A stretch of DNA of 64,000 nt, taken from Novosphingobium sp. Chol11. GTDB taxonomy: Bacteria > Pseudomonadota > Alphaproteobacteria > Sphingomonadales > Sphingomonadaceae. Within the stretch, counting starts at the first letter, position 1; each line of letters opens with the position of its first letter. This document shows positions 36,731 through 45,752 of the stretch, piece by piece. The position numbers and the translations under genes were made by a program. The stretch lies in assembly GCF_945870625.1 (NCBI RefSeq), contig NZ_CAMBTS010000001.1, positions 28,432-92,431 of the forward strand. Reading direction: 5' to 3'. Below the pieces are notes generated by a model. It was not told where the DNA came from and did no database searches. It worked only from the letters and a program-made list of their open reading frames with translations.

Positions 36731-39507
36731 GCGCTGGTCCATCACGCATTTCCCCCGGCGGCGAGACTGTTACATTCACCTTCGACGCGGTGACCTACTG
36801 CGCGCGCGCAGGCGATACCCTTGCCGCCGCGCTGCTGGCCAATGGCGTTGGGCTTGTCGCCCGCAGCTTCAAGTATCACCGCCCGCGCGGGATCATGGCG
36901 GCCGGGATCGAGGAGCCGAACGCGCTGGTAACAGTGGGCGAGGGCGGGCGCGCCGAACCCAATACGCGCGCGACCGATCTGTTTGTGTATGAAGGCATGG
37001 TCGCGAAAAGCCAGAACGCCTGGCCCAGCCTGTCGCTCGATCTGGGCGCGGCGTTAGGGCTGGCTTCGCCTGCGCTGCCTGCGGGCTTTTATTACAAGAC
37101 GTTCTTTGGCCCGGCCAAACGCTGGATGCGTTATGAGTGGCTCATCCGCCGCGCCGCTGGCCTCGGCAACGCGCCGACCTTGCCGGACCCTGACAAGTTC
37201 GCGCAGCGCGCCGCGTTTTGCGATGTGTTGGTGGTCGGCGCTGGCCCCGCCGGGATCAAGGCTGCACTGGAAGCGGCGGAGAGCGGCGCGCAGGTCATGC
37301 TGGTGGAGCAGGACGCGGTCTTGGGCGGTTCGCTCCACCGCGATCCCGATCCGGAATGCGACGCGGCGTGGATCGCAGCATCGGCAGCGCGCATTGCCGC
37401 GCTGGGCGGACGCATTTTGCTGCGCACGACCGCTTCGGGCTATTGGGACCACAATTTTCTGACGCTGACCCAGCGTCTGGCCGAACCCGGCGCGGTGCCG
37501 GCGCATGGCTTTGCACAGCAACTGTGGCATTTGCGCGCGGGCCGGGTGGTGCTGGCGACGGGCGTGATCGAGCGCCCGATCCCATTTACCAACAACGACC
37601 GGCCGGGCGTGATGCTGGCAGGTGCAGTGCGCACTTATGTGCGGCGCTACGGCGTGCTGCCGGGCCGGCGCGTGGTCATCGCCGCCAACAACGATGACGC
37701 TTATCGCACAGCGGCGGCGCTGATCGAAGCGGGCGCGGAAGTGCTCGCCATCCTGGATTCGCGCTCCTCGTCGACCGCCGATGCGCCTGATGGCGTGCCG
37801 GTTCTTTACGACGCGAGGCCGACCCACGTTAGCGGCACCGCGCATCGCCTGAGCCGCGTCACGGCGCTTGTCCGCGAGCGCGAGCAAAGCTGGACTGCTG
37901 ATTTGCTGGCGGTTTCGGGCGGGTTCGTGCCGGTGGCGCACCTTCACATGCAGGCGGGCGGCAAGCTTGACTGGAACGAGGCGGCGCAGGCGTTTGTGCC
38001 CGGCGTAACGCATCAGAACTGCGTCACGATTGGCGCAGCCGCTGATCCCGTTCCGGCCACACCTGCGGCGCCAGCTGGCCATCCCAAGAAAAGCTTTGTC
38101 GATTTCCAGAATGACGTCAGCCTCGCCGATATCGATCTGGCCTGGCAGGAAGGCTATCGTTCGGTCGAACACCTCAAGCGCTATACCACGCTGGGCATGG
38201 CGACCGATCAGGGCAAGACCAGCAACATGGTCGCGCTCTCCCGGCTCGCCGAGCGCGGTCATGTGTCGGTGCCGCAGGCGGGGCTGACGACGTTCCGCCC
38301 GCCGTTCACGCCGGTGACTATGGGGCTGTTCGCCGGTGCCGGTGCGCGCAATGCGGCGGCGCATGAGCGGCGGCTGGCGCTGTATGATTTGCATGAGGCG
38401 CGGGGGCCGGTGTGGCAGCCGCTTGGCTATTGGTTCCGACCGCGCGCCTATACGCTGGGCAGCGAGACGCTGGCCGAGGCGGCGCTGCGCGAGGCGCGCG
38501 GCGTGCGCACCAGCGTTGGCCTCACCGATGTTTCCACGCTGGCCAAGTTCGAAGTCAGCGGCCCGGATGCGGCGGCGCTGCTCGAAATTGTTTGCGCCAC
38601 GACCGTCTCAAAGCTGGCGGCGGGGCGCGGACGCTACACGTTCATGCTGCGCGAAGACGGCATGGTGTTTGACGATGGCACCGTTTGGCGGCTGGCCGAA
38701 GATCGCTACCTGCTGACCAGTTCGACCGGCGGCGCCGACCGGATGGCCAGCCACCTCTCGTTTGTGCGCAATGTGCTGCGGCCTGAATTGCGGGTGTCGG
38801 TGGTCAATGTGCAGGAGCATCATGCCGGAATTGCGTTCGCCGGACCGAAAGCCAGCACGCTGCTGGCCGGGCTGATCGGAGAAGCGCCGCCGCGCCATAT
38901 GTCGCTGGCCCGCGCGGTGATCGCCGGGGTGCCGGTGTTGCTTCTAGCGGCGAGCTACAGCGGCGAGCGCGCATTCGAAATTTATGCCGAGGCAACACAG
39001 GCGCAGCCGGTGTGGCGGGCGCTCGCCGCCGCTGCCGAGGCCGAGGGTGGCGCGCCTTATGGCATGGACGCGATGGAATTGCTGCGCATCGAGAAGGGCC
39101 ATGTCGTCGTCGGCGGCGAAGTCGATGGGCGCACCACGCCGCGCGATCTGGGCCTCGACAAGATGCTGAACAAGGCGGGCGGCTTCATCGGCGCGAATGG
39201 ACTGCAACGGCCTGCGCTGAGCGAGCCGGGGCGGATCGAGCTGGTCGGGCTTGAAGCATTGGGTGGCGAGATTGCCGAGGGGGCGATGCTAATCGGCGCG
39301 GGCGGCGGAGCACCGCAGGGCCATGTAACGGCGGCGGGACGGCGCGTGATCGAAGGCGGCGCTATCGCGCTGGCGCATCTGGCCGGGGGCCATGCGCGCC
39401 GCGGCGAGGAGCTGACCGCGGCTTCGCCTACCCGCGGCATTACCACTCGCGTTCGCGTGGTCGCGCCGCATTTCTATGATCCGGCCGGAGAGCGCTATCG
39501 TGACTGA
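36727..39507 (+). CDS. soxA: Sarcosine oxidase subunit alpha family
   Basis: GDTLAAALLANG, RSFKYHRPRG, AGFYYKTF, EHLKRYTTLGMATDQGKTSN, TFRPP, DVSTLAKF, RIEKGH motifs. Confidence 0.9.
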   Translation: MSAGPSRISPGGETVTFTFDAVTYCARAGDTLAAALLANGVGLVARSFKYHRPRGIMAAGIEEPNALVTVGEGGRAEPNTRATDLFVYEGMVAKSQNAWPSLSLDLGAALGLASPALPAGFYYKTFFGPAKRWMRYEWLIRRAAGLGNAPTLPDPDKFAQRAAFCDVLVVGAGPAGIKAALEAAESGAQVMLVEQDAVLGGSLHRDPDPECDAAWIAASAARIAALGGRILLRTTASGYWDHNFLTLTQRLAEPGAVPAHGFAQQLWHLRAGRVVLATGVIERPIPFTNNDRPGVMLAGAVRTYVRRYGVLPGRRVVIAANNDDAYRTAAALIEAGAEVLAILDSRSSSTADAPDGVPVLYDARPTHVSGTAHRLSRVTALVREREQSWTADLLAVSGGFVPVAHLHMQAGGKLDWNEAAQAFVPGVTHQNCVTIGAAADPVPATPAAPAGHPKKSFVDFQNDVSLADIDLAWQEGYRSVEHLKRYTTLGMATDQGKTSNMVALSRLAERGHVSVPQAGLTTFRPPFTPVTMGLFAGAGARNAAAHERRLALYDLHEARGPVWQPLGYWFRPRAYTLGSETLAEAALREARGVRTSVGLTDVSTLAKFEVSGPDAAALLEIVCATTVSKLAAGRGRYTFMLREDGMVFDDGTVWRLAEDRYLLTSSTGGADRMASHLSFVRNVLRPELRVSVVNVQEHHAGIAFAGPKASTLLAGLIGEAPPRHMSLARAVIAGVPVLLLAASYSGERAFEIYAEATQAQPVWRALAAAAEAEGGAPYGMDAMELLRIEKGHVVVGGEVDGRTTPRDLGLDKMLNKAGGFIGANGLQRPALSEPGRIELVGLEALGGEIAEGAMLIGAGGGAPQGHVTAAGRRVIEGGAIALAHLAGGHARRGEELTAASPTRGITTRVRVVAPHFYDPAGERYRD

Positions 39508-39994
39508 GCTGACGATCACCGCGCTGCCGCCTGCGCCGCTGAACGCGGCCGAAATCTGGAGCAATCCTGCGCAAGTTTCGGTCAGGTGTCAGGCGGCTCT
39601 GGGCTTCGCGCTGCCCGGCATGGGGCAATCGGCGGGGAGCGAGGCGCTGAAATTGCTCCGCTATGAGCCGACGGTGTGGCTGGCCGAAGGCGACGTAGCG
39701 CCGCTCGCGGCGGTTTTGGCCGAAGACGGCGCAATCACAGCCATCGGCGGCGGCATCGTGCGGGTGCGCATCGCAGGGGCGGGATGGCGCGCGCTGTTGA
39801 TGCAAGGCGGGGTGTTTGAAGCGGAAGCCGCCGCCTTCGCACCGGGGCACTGTGCGGCAACGGTAATCGATCATGTCGCGGTGCGTCTGTTTGTGGAAAA
39901 CGAAGATGCCTGTCTTGCTTATGTGCCATCAAGCTATGCCGCTGCGCTGATGCACTTCTGGCATGATGTGCTTCCGCTGGTTGGCGCAGATTGA
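39500..39994 (+). CDS. soxG: Sarcosine oxidase subunit gamma-like (divergent)
   Basis: Position after soxA; P..WL, F..G.CA.T....V and V..SYA..L..W pattern; GTG overlaps the soxA end. Confidence 0.65.
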   Translation: MTELTITALPPAPLNAAEIWSNPAQVSVRCQAALGFALPGMGQSAGSEALKLLRYEPTVWLAEGDVAPLAAVLAEDGAITAIGGGIVRVRIAGAGWRALLMQGGVFEAEAAAFAPGHCAATVIDHVAVRLFVENEDACLAYVPSSYAAALMHFWHDVLPLVGAD

Positions 39995-40000
39995 CGCTTG

Positions 40001-40022
40001 CGCCCCTGCCTGCGCAGGGGCG
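40001..40022. terminator. GC-rich hairpin between convergent operons
   Basis: CGCCCCTGC-ctgc-GCAGGGGCG perfect 9-bp stem; no U-tract, so a terminator role is uncertain. Confidence 0.4.
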
Positions 40023-40033
40023 TGGCGGGCATT

Positions 40034-41314
40034 TCAGGCCCGTGCCTGCATCGGATCGGCGGCTGACAGGATAACGCGGGCTTCGATCCCGCCGCCAGGC
40101 TGTCGTCGTTCGCGGACGCGCAAGGCCAGCGTAGCGGCAAAAGCGACGGCGCTCATGCTGGCGAACATCACCAGCATGGCATCGTACCCTTGCGGATTCT
40201 GAGGCCCGGCGGCAAACGCATCGTTGAGCCCGCCCGCCGCAAAATTTGCCGCTGCCAGCCCAAGGCTCTGCAGCATGTTGATCAGGCCGTAGGCGGTGCC
40301 GATGCGGCTTTTTTCCGCCAGCATCGCGGTGGCAGGCCAGATCACTGCGGGAATGACCGAAAAACTGATCCCCATCAGCACTGTGGAAACCCAAAGCCCC
40401 CAATCGGTGAGCGCGAGCACCATGAAGGTTAGCGGCATGAGCGCCGCGCCTATGGTCAGCAGGCTTGCGCGCAGGCCCACCTTGTCGGCGATCAGTCCGA
40501 AAACCGGGGTCGCAAAGATCGCGGCTGCAAAGACCCAACTGTTGGCAATGCCGGCCTCCGCCAGCGTGATCCCTTTGACGTCCTGAAAAAACTGGATCGA
40601 AAAGGTCGAGCGGAATGGAAAGAAAACGCTGGCAAACAGCACGTTGAGCCACAGGATGTACCAGAACGAGCGGCTGAAGGTGAACAGATCGCTGAACACG
40701 AACCGCTCCCCCGGCGTGCCGACCACGCGCAGATGGGGCAAGCGGCGATCAAGCAGATAGAGCGCCAGCGATGTGATGACGCCGATCGCAGTGAGACCGG
40801 CGGCCAGCCACAGCGGCGGTTGCCAGCCGATGGCATAGAGCGGGGCGGCCCAGCTTGTCGAAGTGTCGGCAGCATAAGAACCAACGCGCGCCAGCGAAAA
40901 GAACAGGGCAACCGCCAGTGCGCCGCCGCCGCCATGAAACCACTGTGCCAGAACCACGAGGAGCGCGATGTAAAGTGTTTCGTTGCCGAGCCCGAACAGC
41001 AGCCGTCCGACGATCATCACCATATAAGGTTCGCCAATCGCGGTCAGCACCGCGCCTAGCGTGCACAAGATCGCCGCGCCGAGCGCCGCCCGCGCCGCGC
41101 CGATCCGGTCGATCAGCACGCCGCCGATAATCGCCAGCGGAATGTTTGGCAGGCTGAACACCGCGCCCAGCGTGCCAATCTGGCTCTGGCTGAAGCCGCG
41201 CTGATCGCGCAGCAGATCGGCAATCGGCGCGATCGAATCATAGGTATAGTAACTGCCCATGATCGTCAGCGCCGCAAGCAGCAGCACGACCCATCTCACC
41301 TGCGTTTCGGCCAT
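40034..41314 (-). CDS. MFS transporter, MFSD1-like
   Basis: GSY.TYD, S.PN....GG.LIDR, GR..FG.G.E.L, WF.G, ARVGS, FPF, WP, GTAYG....Q..GLA motifs; GAAGGGGA SD before ATG 41314. Confidence 0.85.
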   Translation of the reverse strand: MAETQVRWVVLLLAALTIMGSYYTYDSIAPIADLLRDQRGFSQSQIGTLGAVFSLPNIPLAIIGGVLIDRIGAARAALGAAILCTLGAVLTAIGEPYMVMIVGRLLFGLGNETLYIALLVVLAQWFHGGGGALAVALFFSLARVGSYAADTSTSWAAPLYAIGWQPPLWLAAGLTAIGVITSLALYLLDRRLPHLRVVGTPGERFVFSDLFTFSRSFWYILWLNVLFASVFFPFRSTFSIQFFQDVKGITLAEAGIANSWVFAAAIFATPVFGLIADKVGLRASLLTIGAALMPLTFMVLALTDWGLWVSTVLMGISFSVIPAVIWPATAMLAEKSRIGTAYGLINMLQSLGLAAANFAAGGLNDAFAAGPQNPQGYDAMLVMFASMSAVAFAATLALRVRERRQPGGGIEARVILSAADPMQARA

Positions 41315-41338
41315 CTGCTCCCCTTCGCGATGCGGCAC

Positions 41339-42703
41339 TTAGTGCAGGCGCGCACCTTGCCGGCGCAGTTCGGCCTGCACCGCGCCGACATCGATATCGG
41401 CAAAACTGCGCCCCGTCTTCACCGCAATCGCGGCGGCGGTTCCCGCACCTTGGCCCGATACCGCGCAGCACATCATGTTACGCACCGCAGCATGGCTGAC
41501 CTTGTCGCCGCCGATCACGCGGCCCGCCACGATCAGGTTGTCGATGCCTTTGGGCAGCAGCGCGCGGTAGGGCACATGGAAGTAGCGCCCGGTGGTCGGC
41601 AGGATGAGCAAGCCGTAGCCATCGATGAATTCCGGGAAAATGCCGATTGAATCCTCGAAGCGGGCTTGCTGGCGCACGTCGTCGGCGGACATGTTGTAGG
41701 CAGCATCGATCTTGCGGGTGTCGCGGATGCCCAGGGTCATCCCGAAATTGCGGATCTTGGCAGTTTCGCAGCCCGGCATGAAACCGCGCAGGGCCTTGAT
41801 CGCCAACATCGCATCGCGCCGCCCGCGCATCTCGCCCTCGGTCAGCGCGGCGGGATCGGTGCCATCCAGCGTGAAGTGCACCAGATTGAGATACGTGAGA
41901 TCGCCTTGATCCGAAACCGTGCCCCAAGTGCCGGCGATGGTCGCCAGGTTGCGCGGCAACAGCCCGGCATCGAGCGCCTGCTGAAATGGCTTGCGCAGGA
42001 ACGGGGAGAACAGCGCGTCCTCCTTGCCATCGGTGGTGATGTCCCATTCGCCATTGCCCGCCCAATCGCCATACGTCTGCGGATCGGCTTTGACCGCTTC
42101 GATAAAGCGCGGCTTGTTCACCCCGCTCATCGAGAACATCACCGAGACCGACATCATTTCGTCCACCGGATGTTTGAATGTCGGCGCGCCGCCGCGAAAC
42201 GCGAGGTCGGCGTCGCCGGTCGCATCGACGATCCGTTTGGCCAGAATTGCCTCGCGGCCCGCCTTGCTCTCCACGATCACTCCCCGCATCACGGTGCCTT
42301 CCATGATCGGGGCAACGACCAAGCGGTGGAGCATGGGGATCACGCCCGCTTCCTCGACCAGCACATCGGCCACATATTTGAAGGCTTCGGCATCGAGCGA
42401 ATGGCTGATCGATTGCGGTTCGGGCATGGCGGCGTCCATCGCGATGGCGCGATCCTCGAATTCGCGGCCGATGCCTTCGCTATCGATGGTGGCAGGGTGG
42501 CGATACCATGCAAAGCCCTCCACGCCGACTTGCGTGATGTTGCCGCCAAAGCAGCCATAGCGTTCGACCAGCGTGGTTTTGACGCCCGCGCGGGCGCTGG
42601 CCAGCGCAGCGGCGAGGCCGCCGGGGCCAGAGCCGACCACCAGCACGTCGGTTTCATGGATCACGTCGATCCGGCGGGCGGGTTCTTCGATGCTGTGGCT
42701 CAT
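41339..42703 (-). CDS. FAD-dependent oxidoreductase (FAD_oxidored/GidA-like family)
   Basis: DVLVVGSGPGG.AAA.A.AR.G, VDATGDADLA, G.RDTR.I, VPYRAL.P, NL.VAGR, GQGAG.AAA motifs. Confidence 0.85.
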   Translation of the reverse strand: MSHSIEEPARRIDVIHETDVLVVGSGPGGLAAALASARAGVKTTLVERYGCFGGNITQVGVEGFAWYRHPATIDSEGIGREFEDRAIAMDAAMPEPQSISHSLDAEAFKYVADVLVEEAGVIPMLHRLVVAPIMEGTVMRGVIVESKAGREAILAKRIVDATGDADLAFRGGAPTFKHPVDEMMSVSVMFSMSGVNKPRFIEAVKADPQTYGDWAGNGEWDITTDGKEDALFSPFLRKPFQQALDAGLLPRNLATIAGTWGTVSDQGDLTYLNLVHFTLDGTDPAALTEGEMRGRRDAMLAIKALRGFMPGCETAKIRNFGMTLGIRDTRKIDAAYNMSADDVRQQARFEDSIGIFPEFIDGYGLLILPTTGRYFHVPYRALLPKGIDNLIVAGRVIGGDKVSHAAVRNMMCCAVSGQGAGTAAAIAVKTGRSFADIDVGAVQAELRRQGARLH

Positions 42704-42795
42704 GCCGCCTCTTAGACCGTGCCTTAGCATTTTTGAATAAGCGGATCGCAGTTTTGAGCACGACAGCGCCCATGCCGCTTTGCTAGTGCTGCTGC

Positions 42796-45156
42796 ATGAG
42801 CAAAACCATTGTCGAAGCCGCCGTTTCGGCCGAACGCACCGAACTTGTCACGACGCTAGAGGCGATCGAGCAGCGGCTGCGCTGGCTTTCCTCGTGGACC
42901 ATCCACAATGCCAACCATTTGCGCGAAAGCCGCGACGGCTTGAAAGTTGGCGGGCATCAGGCCTCGTGCGCGTCGATCACCACGATCATGGCGGTGCTCT
43001 ATTTCCATGCCCTGCGCGCCTCTGACAAGGTTGCGGTGAAGCCGCACGCCGGGCCGGTGCTGCATGCGATACATTACCTGATGGGCGGACAAAGCCGCGA
43101 GCAGCTTGAGGCGTTTCGCGCGCTAGGCGGGGCGCAGTCTTATCCCTCGCGCACCAAAGATAGCATTCCGGTCGATTTTTCGACTGGGTCGGTTGGCCTT
43201 GGTGTGGCCATAACCGCGTTTGCCAGCCTGGTGCAGGACTATCTTGTGGCGCATGGCCAGCTGGCGCAAGCCGATACCGGGCGGATGATCGCGCTGATGG
43301 GCGATGCCGAGCTTGATGAGGGCAACATCTACGAGTGCCTGATCGAGGGCTACAAGCACGATATCCGCAATTGCTGGTGGATCGTCGACTACAATCGTCA
43401 ATCGCTGGACAGCACAACGGCCGACCGCATGTTTCGCCGCTTTGACGACATCTTCGAAACCTGCGGCTGGCGGGTGATCACGCTCAAGCACGGCAAGATG
43501 CAGCGGGCGGCCTTTTCCCGGGCTGGCGGGCCGGCAATCGAGCGCTGGATCGACGATTGCCCCAATGCCGAATACGCCGCGCTCACGTATCAGGGCGGCG
43601 CCGCCTGGCGCGAACGGATGAACGCAGATCTCGCCGGAGATAAAGCGGCGCTGGCGCTGATTGCCAGCTTCGATGACGAGGCGCTCTCGGCGCTCATGCT
43701 CAATCTGGGCGGGCACTGCGTAGAAACGCTGCTCGATGCGTTCGCGGCGGCAGCGGACGAGCGCCCGACGATGTTCATCGCCTATACGGTCAAGGGCTAT
43801 GGTTTGCCGTTTCAGGGGCACAAGGACAATCATGCCGGGCTGATGAACCCGACCCAGATGGCGGATCTGCGCGCCAGCCTCGGGATCGCGGAGGGCACCG
43901 AGTGGGAGCCACTCGGCGGGCTGGGCAGCAATGTGGCCGCCAAAGCGCGCGACGCCATCGAACGCGCGCGCGCCGCGCTCGGCTCAAGCGCGCGTCCATC
44001 GCCTGCGATTGCGCTGCCTGCGATGCTGCCAGCGCCCGATGGCGCGGTCCAGGCGACGCAGGCCGCGTTTGGTCGGGTGCTGCTTGATCTCGCCAAGTCA
44101 GGTCATCCGTTGGCCGACCGTATCGTGACAACCTCCCCGGATGTTACCGTCTCGACCAACCTTGGCGCGTTCGTGAACCAGCGCGGGCTCTTTCGGCGGC
44201 AGGAATTGAAGGACATCTTCGCAGGCTACAAGATACCCAGTCCGCAGAAATGGGCAGGGCACGAGGCCGGACAGCACATCGAACTGGGGATTGCCGAGAA
44301 CAACTTGTTCCTGATGCTCGCCGCGCTCGGGTTGGCGGGTCCCTTGTTTGGTTCCCGCCTGCTGCCAGTGGGTACCGTCTATGATCCGTTCATCGCGCGC
44401 GGGCTCGATGCGCTGAATTATGCCTGCTATCAAGATGCCCGGTTTCTGTTGGTGGCGACGCCTTCGGGTGTCACGCTGGGGCCCGAGGGCGGCGCACACC
44501 AGTCGATCAATTCGCCGTTGATCGGGATGGGGCAACCGGGGCTGACCTATTTTGAGCCTGCTTATGCCGATGAAGTGGCGCTGCTGATGCACTGGGCGTT
44601 TGGCCATATGCAGGCGGCAGACGGGGGTAGCGTTTATTTGCGCCTATCGACGCGGGCGATTGATCAGATCGAACGCACGGATGATGGCTGGCAGGTCGAT
44701 GCGCTGCGCGGCGGCTATTGGCTACGCAAGCCAGCAAGCGGGACGAAGCTGGCGCTTGTCGCCATCGGCGCGATCATGCCCGAGGCTTTGGCGGCATGGG
44801 AGGCGCTGGCCGGGGATGTGCCCGGGATCGGGCTGCTGGCGGTGACTTCTCCTGATTTGTTGCACCGCGATTGGTCGGCTGCGCAGGCCGCGCGCTGGAC
44901 CGGCGGGATGCGCGCGCCTTGCCACATCGAGCGATTGCTGAGCCCGCTCGCGGACGATGCCGGGCTCGTTACCGTGATCGATGGATCGCCCGCTGCGCTG
45001 TCATGGCTCGGGGGTGTGCGTGGGCAACGGGTCGCTCCGCTGGGCACAGACCGCTTCGGTCAGACCGGCGATCTTCCTGATCTCTATCGGGCTTACCGAC
45101 TGGGTAGCGAGGCGATTGTCGATGGCGCAGCCGAAATCATTCTCGGAGCGCGATGA
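42796..45156 (+). CDS. Homodimeric ThDP enzyme, AceE (pyruvate dehydrogenase E1)/transketolase-like
   Basis: KVGGHQAS.AS, QSYPS, STGSVGLG, GDAELDEGN (ThDP-binding), YTVKG, IAENN, EGGAHQS, G.D.FGQ.G motifs. Confidence 0.85.
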   Translation: MSKTIVEAAVSAERTELVTTLEAIEQRLRWLSSWTIHNANHLRESRDGLKVGGHQASCASITTIMAVLYFHALRASDKVAVKPHAGPVLHAIHYLMGGQSREQLEAFRALGGAQSYPSRTKDSIPVDFSTGSVGLGVAITAFASLVQDYLVAHGQLAQADTGRMIALMGDAELDEGNIYECLIEGYKHDIRNCWWIVDYNRQSLDSTTADRMFRRFDDIFETCGWRVITLKHGKMQRAAFSRAGGPAIERWIDDCPNAEYAALTYQGGAAWRERMNADLAGDKAALALIASFDDEALSALMLNLGGHCVETLLDAFAAAADERPTMFIAYTVKGYGLPFQGHKDNHAGLMNPTQMADLRASLGIAEGTEWEPLGGLGSNVAAKARDAIERARAALGSSARPSPAIALPAMLPAPDGAVQATQAAFGRVLLDLAKSGHPLADRIVTTSPDVTVSTNLGAFVNQRGLFRRQELKDIFAGYKIPSPQKWAGHEAGQHIELGIAENNLFLMLAALGLAGPLFGSRLLPVGTVYDPFIARGLDALNYACYQDARFLLVATPSGVTLGPEGGAHQSINSPLIGMGQPGLTYFEPAYADEVALLMHWAFGHMQAADGGSVYLRLSTRAIDQIERTDDGWQVDALRGGYWLRKPASGTKLALVAIGAIMPEALAAWEALAGDVPGIGLLAVTSPDLLHRDWSAAQAARWTGGMRAPCHIERLLSPLADDAGLVTVIDGSPAALSWLGGVRGQRVAPLGTDRFGQTGDLPDLYRAYRLGSEAIVDGAAEIILGAR

Positions 45157-45169
45157 TCGCGCATTAAAT

Positions 45170-45577
45170 CTAGACAGGCCGAATGCGTGACTGGTTGACG
45201 TGCGGGCTTGAGACGCGGTGACGCGGCTCGACATGCCACTCCCCGTTCATCTGCGCGACGTGCGCTTTGTGCTGCAACGCTTCAGCAAGGGCTTCCGGTG
45301 AGAGCGGGGTATCAAGCTCGAGGCCAAAGGAACTGCGCGTAAACCAGCGCACCGTGCCATTCAGGACTTGATCTCCGGGCAAGATCACCGTTACGCATTC
45401 ACCTCGCGCCGGTGCGGGCCCCTTCGTGCGCGCGCCAAGGCCAGTCGACGAGATGTTGCGGACAACAATATCATGCTGCTCACCGCTGCGCAGCACAAGC
45501 CGCGCGCTGACGATTCGGGGCTGGCGCGTGTCGCGCACCGTCTGGTCAATCGGGAAATGATCTTGCATGAAAGACAT
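45170..45577 (-). CDS. PilZ-domain protein (first Arg of RxxxR missing)
   Basis: TRQPR...VRNISSTGLG...G.VRW....FGL PilZ pattern; start uncertain (45592, 45577 or 45568). Confidence 0.75.
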   Translation of the reverse strand: MSFMQDHFPIDQTVRDTRQPRIVSARLVLRSGEQHDIVVRNISSTGLGARTKGPAPARGECVTVILPGDQVLNGTVRWFTRSSFGLELDTPLSPEALAEALQHKAHVAQMNGEWHVEPRHRVSSPHVNQSRIRPV

Positions 45578-45752
45578 GACCGCGACGAACACCCGACAAG
45601 AGAGCCGATGCCCTCACGTTTTCCCTAGGGGCGATACTAAACCGAAATCGTAAACGTCTGGTTATGGCGGATAAATTAACTGGATACATTTGCCTTGAAG
45701 ATCGCGATATGCACGGTGGCGCTTTGTCCAAGCCTGGCGGGCGAGCCGCCGA

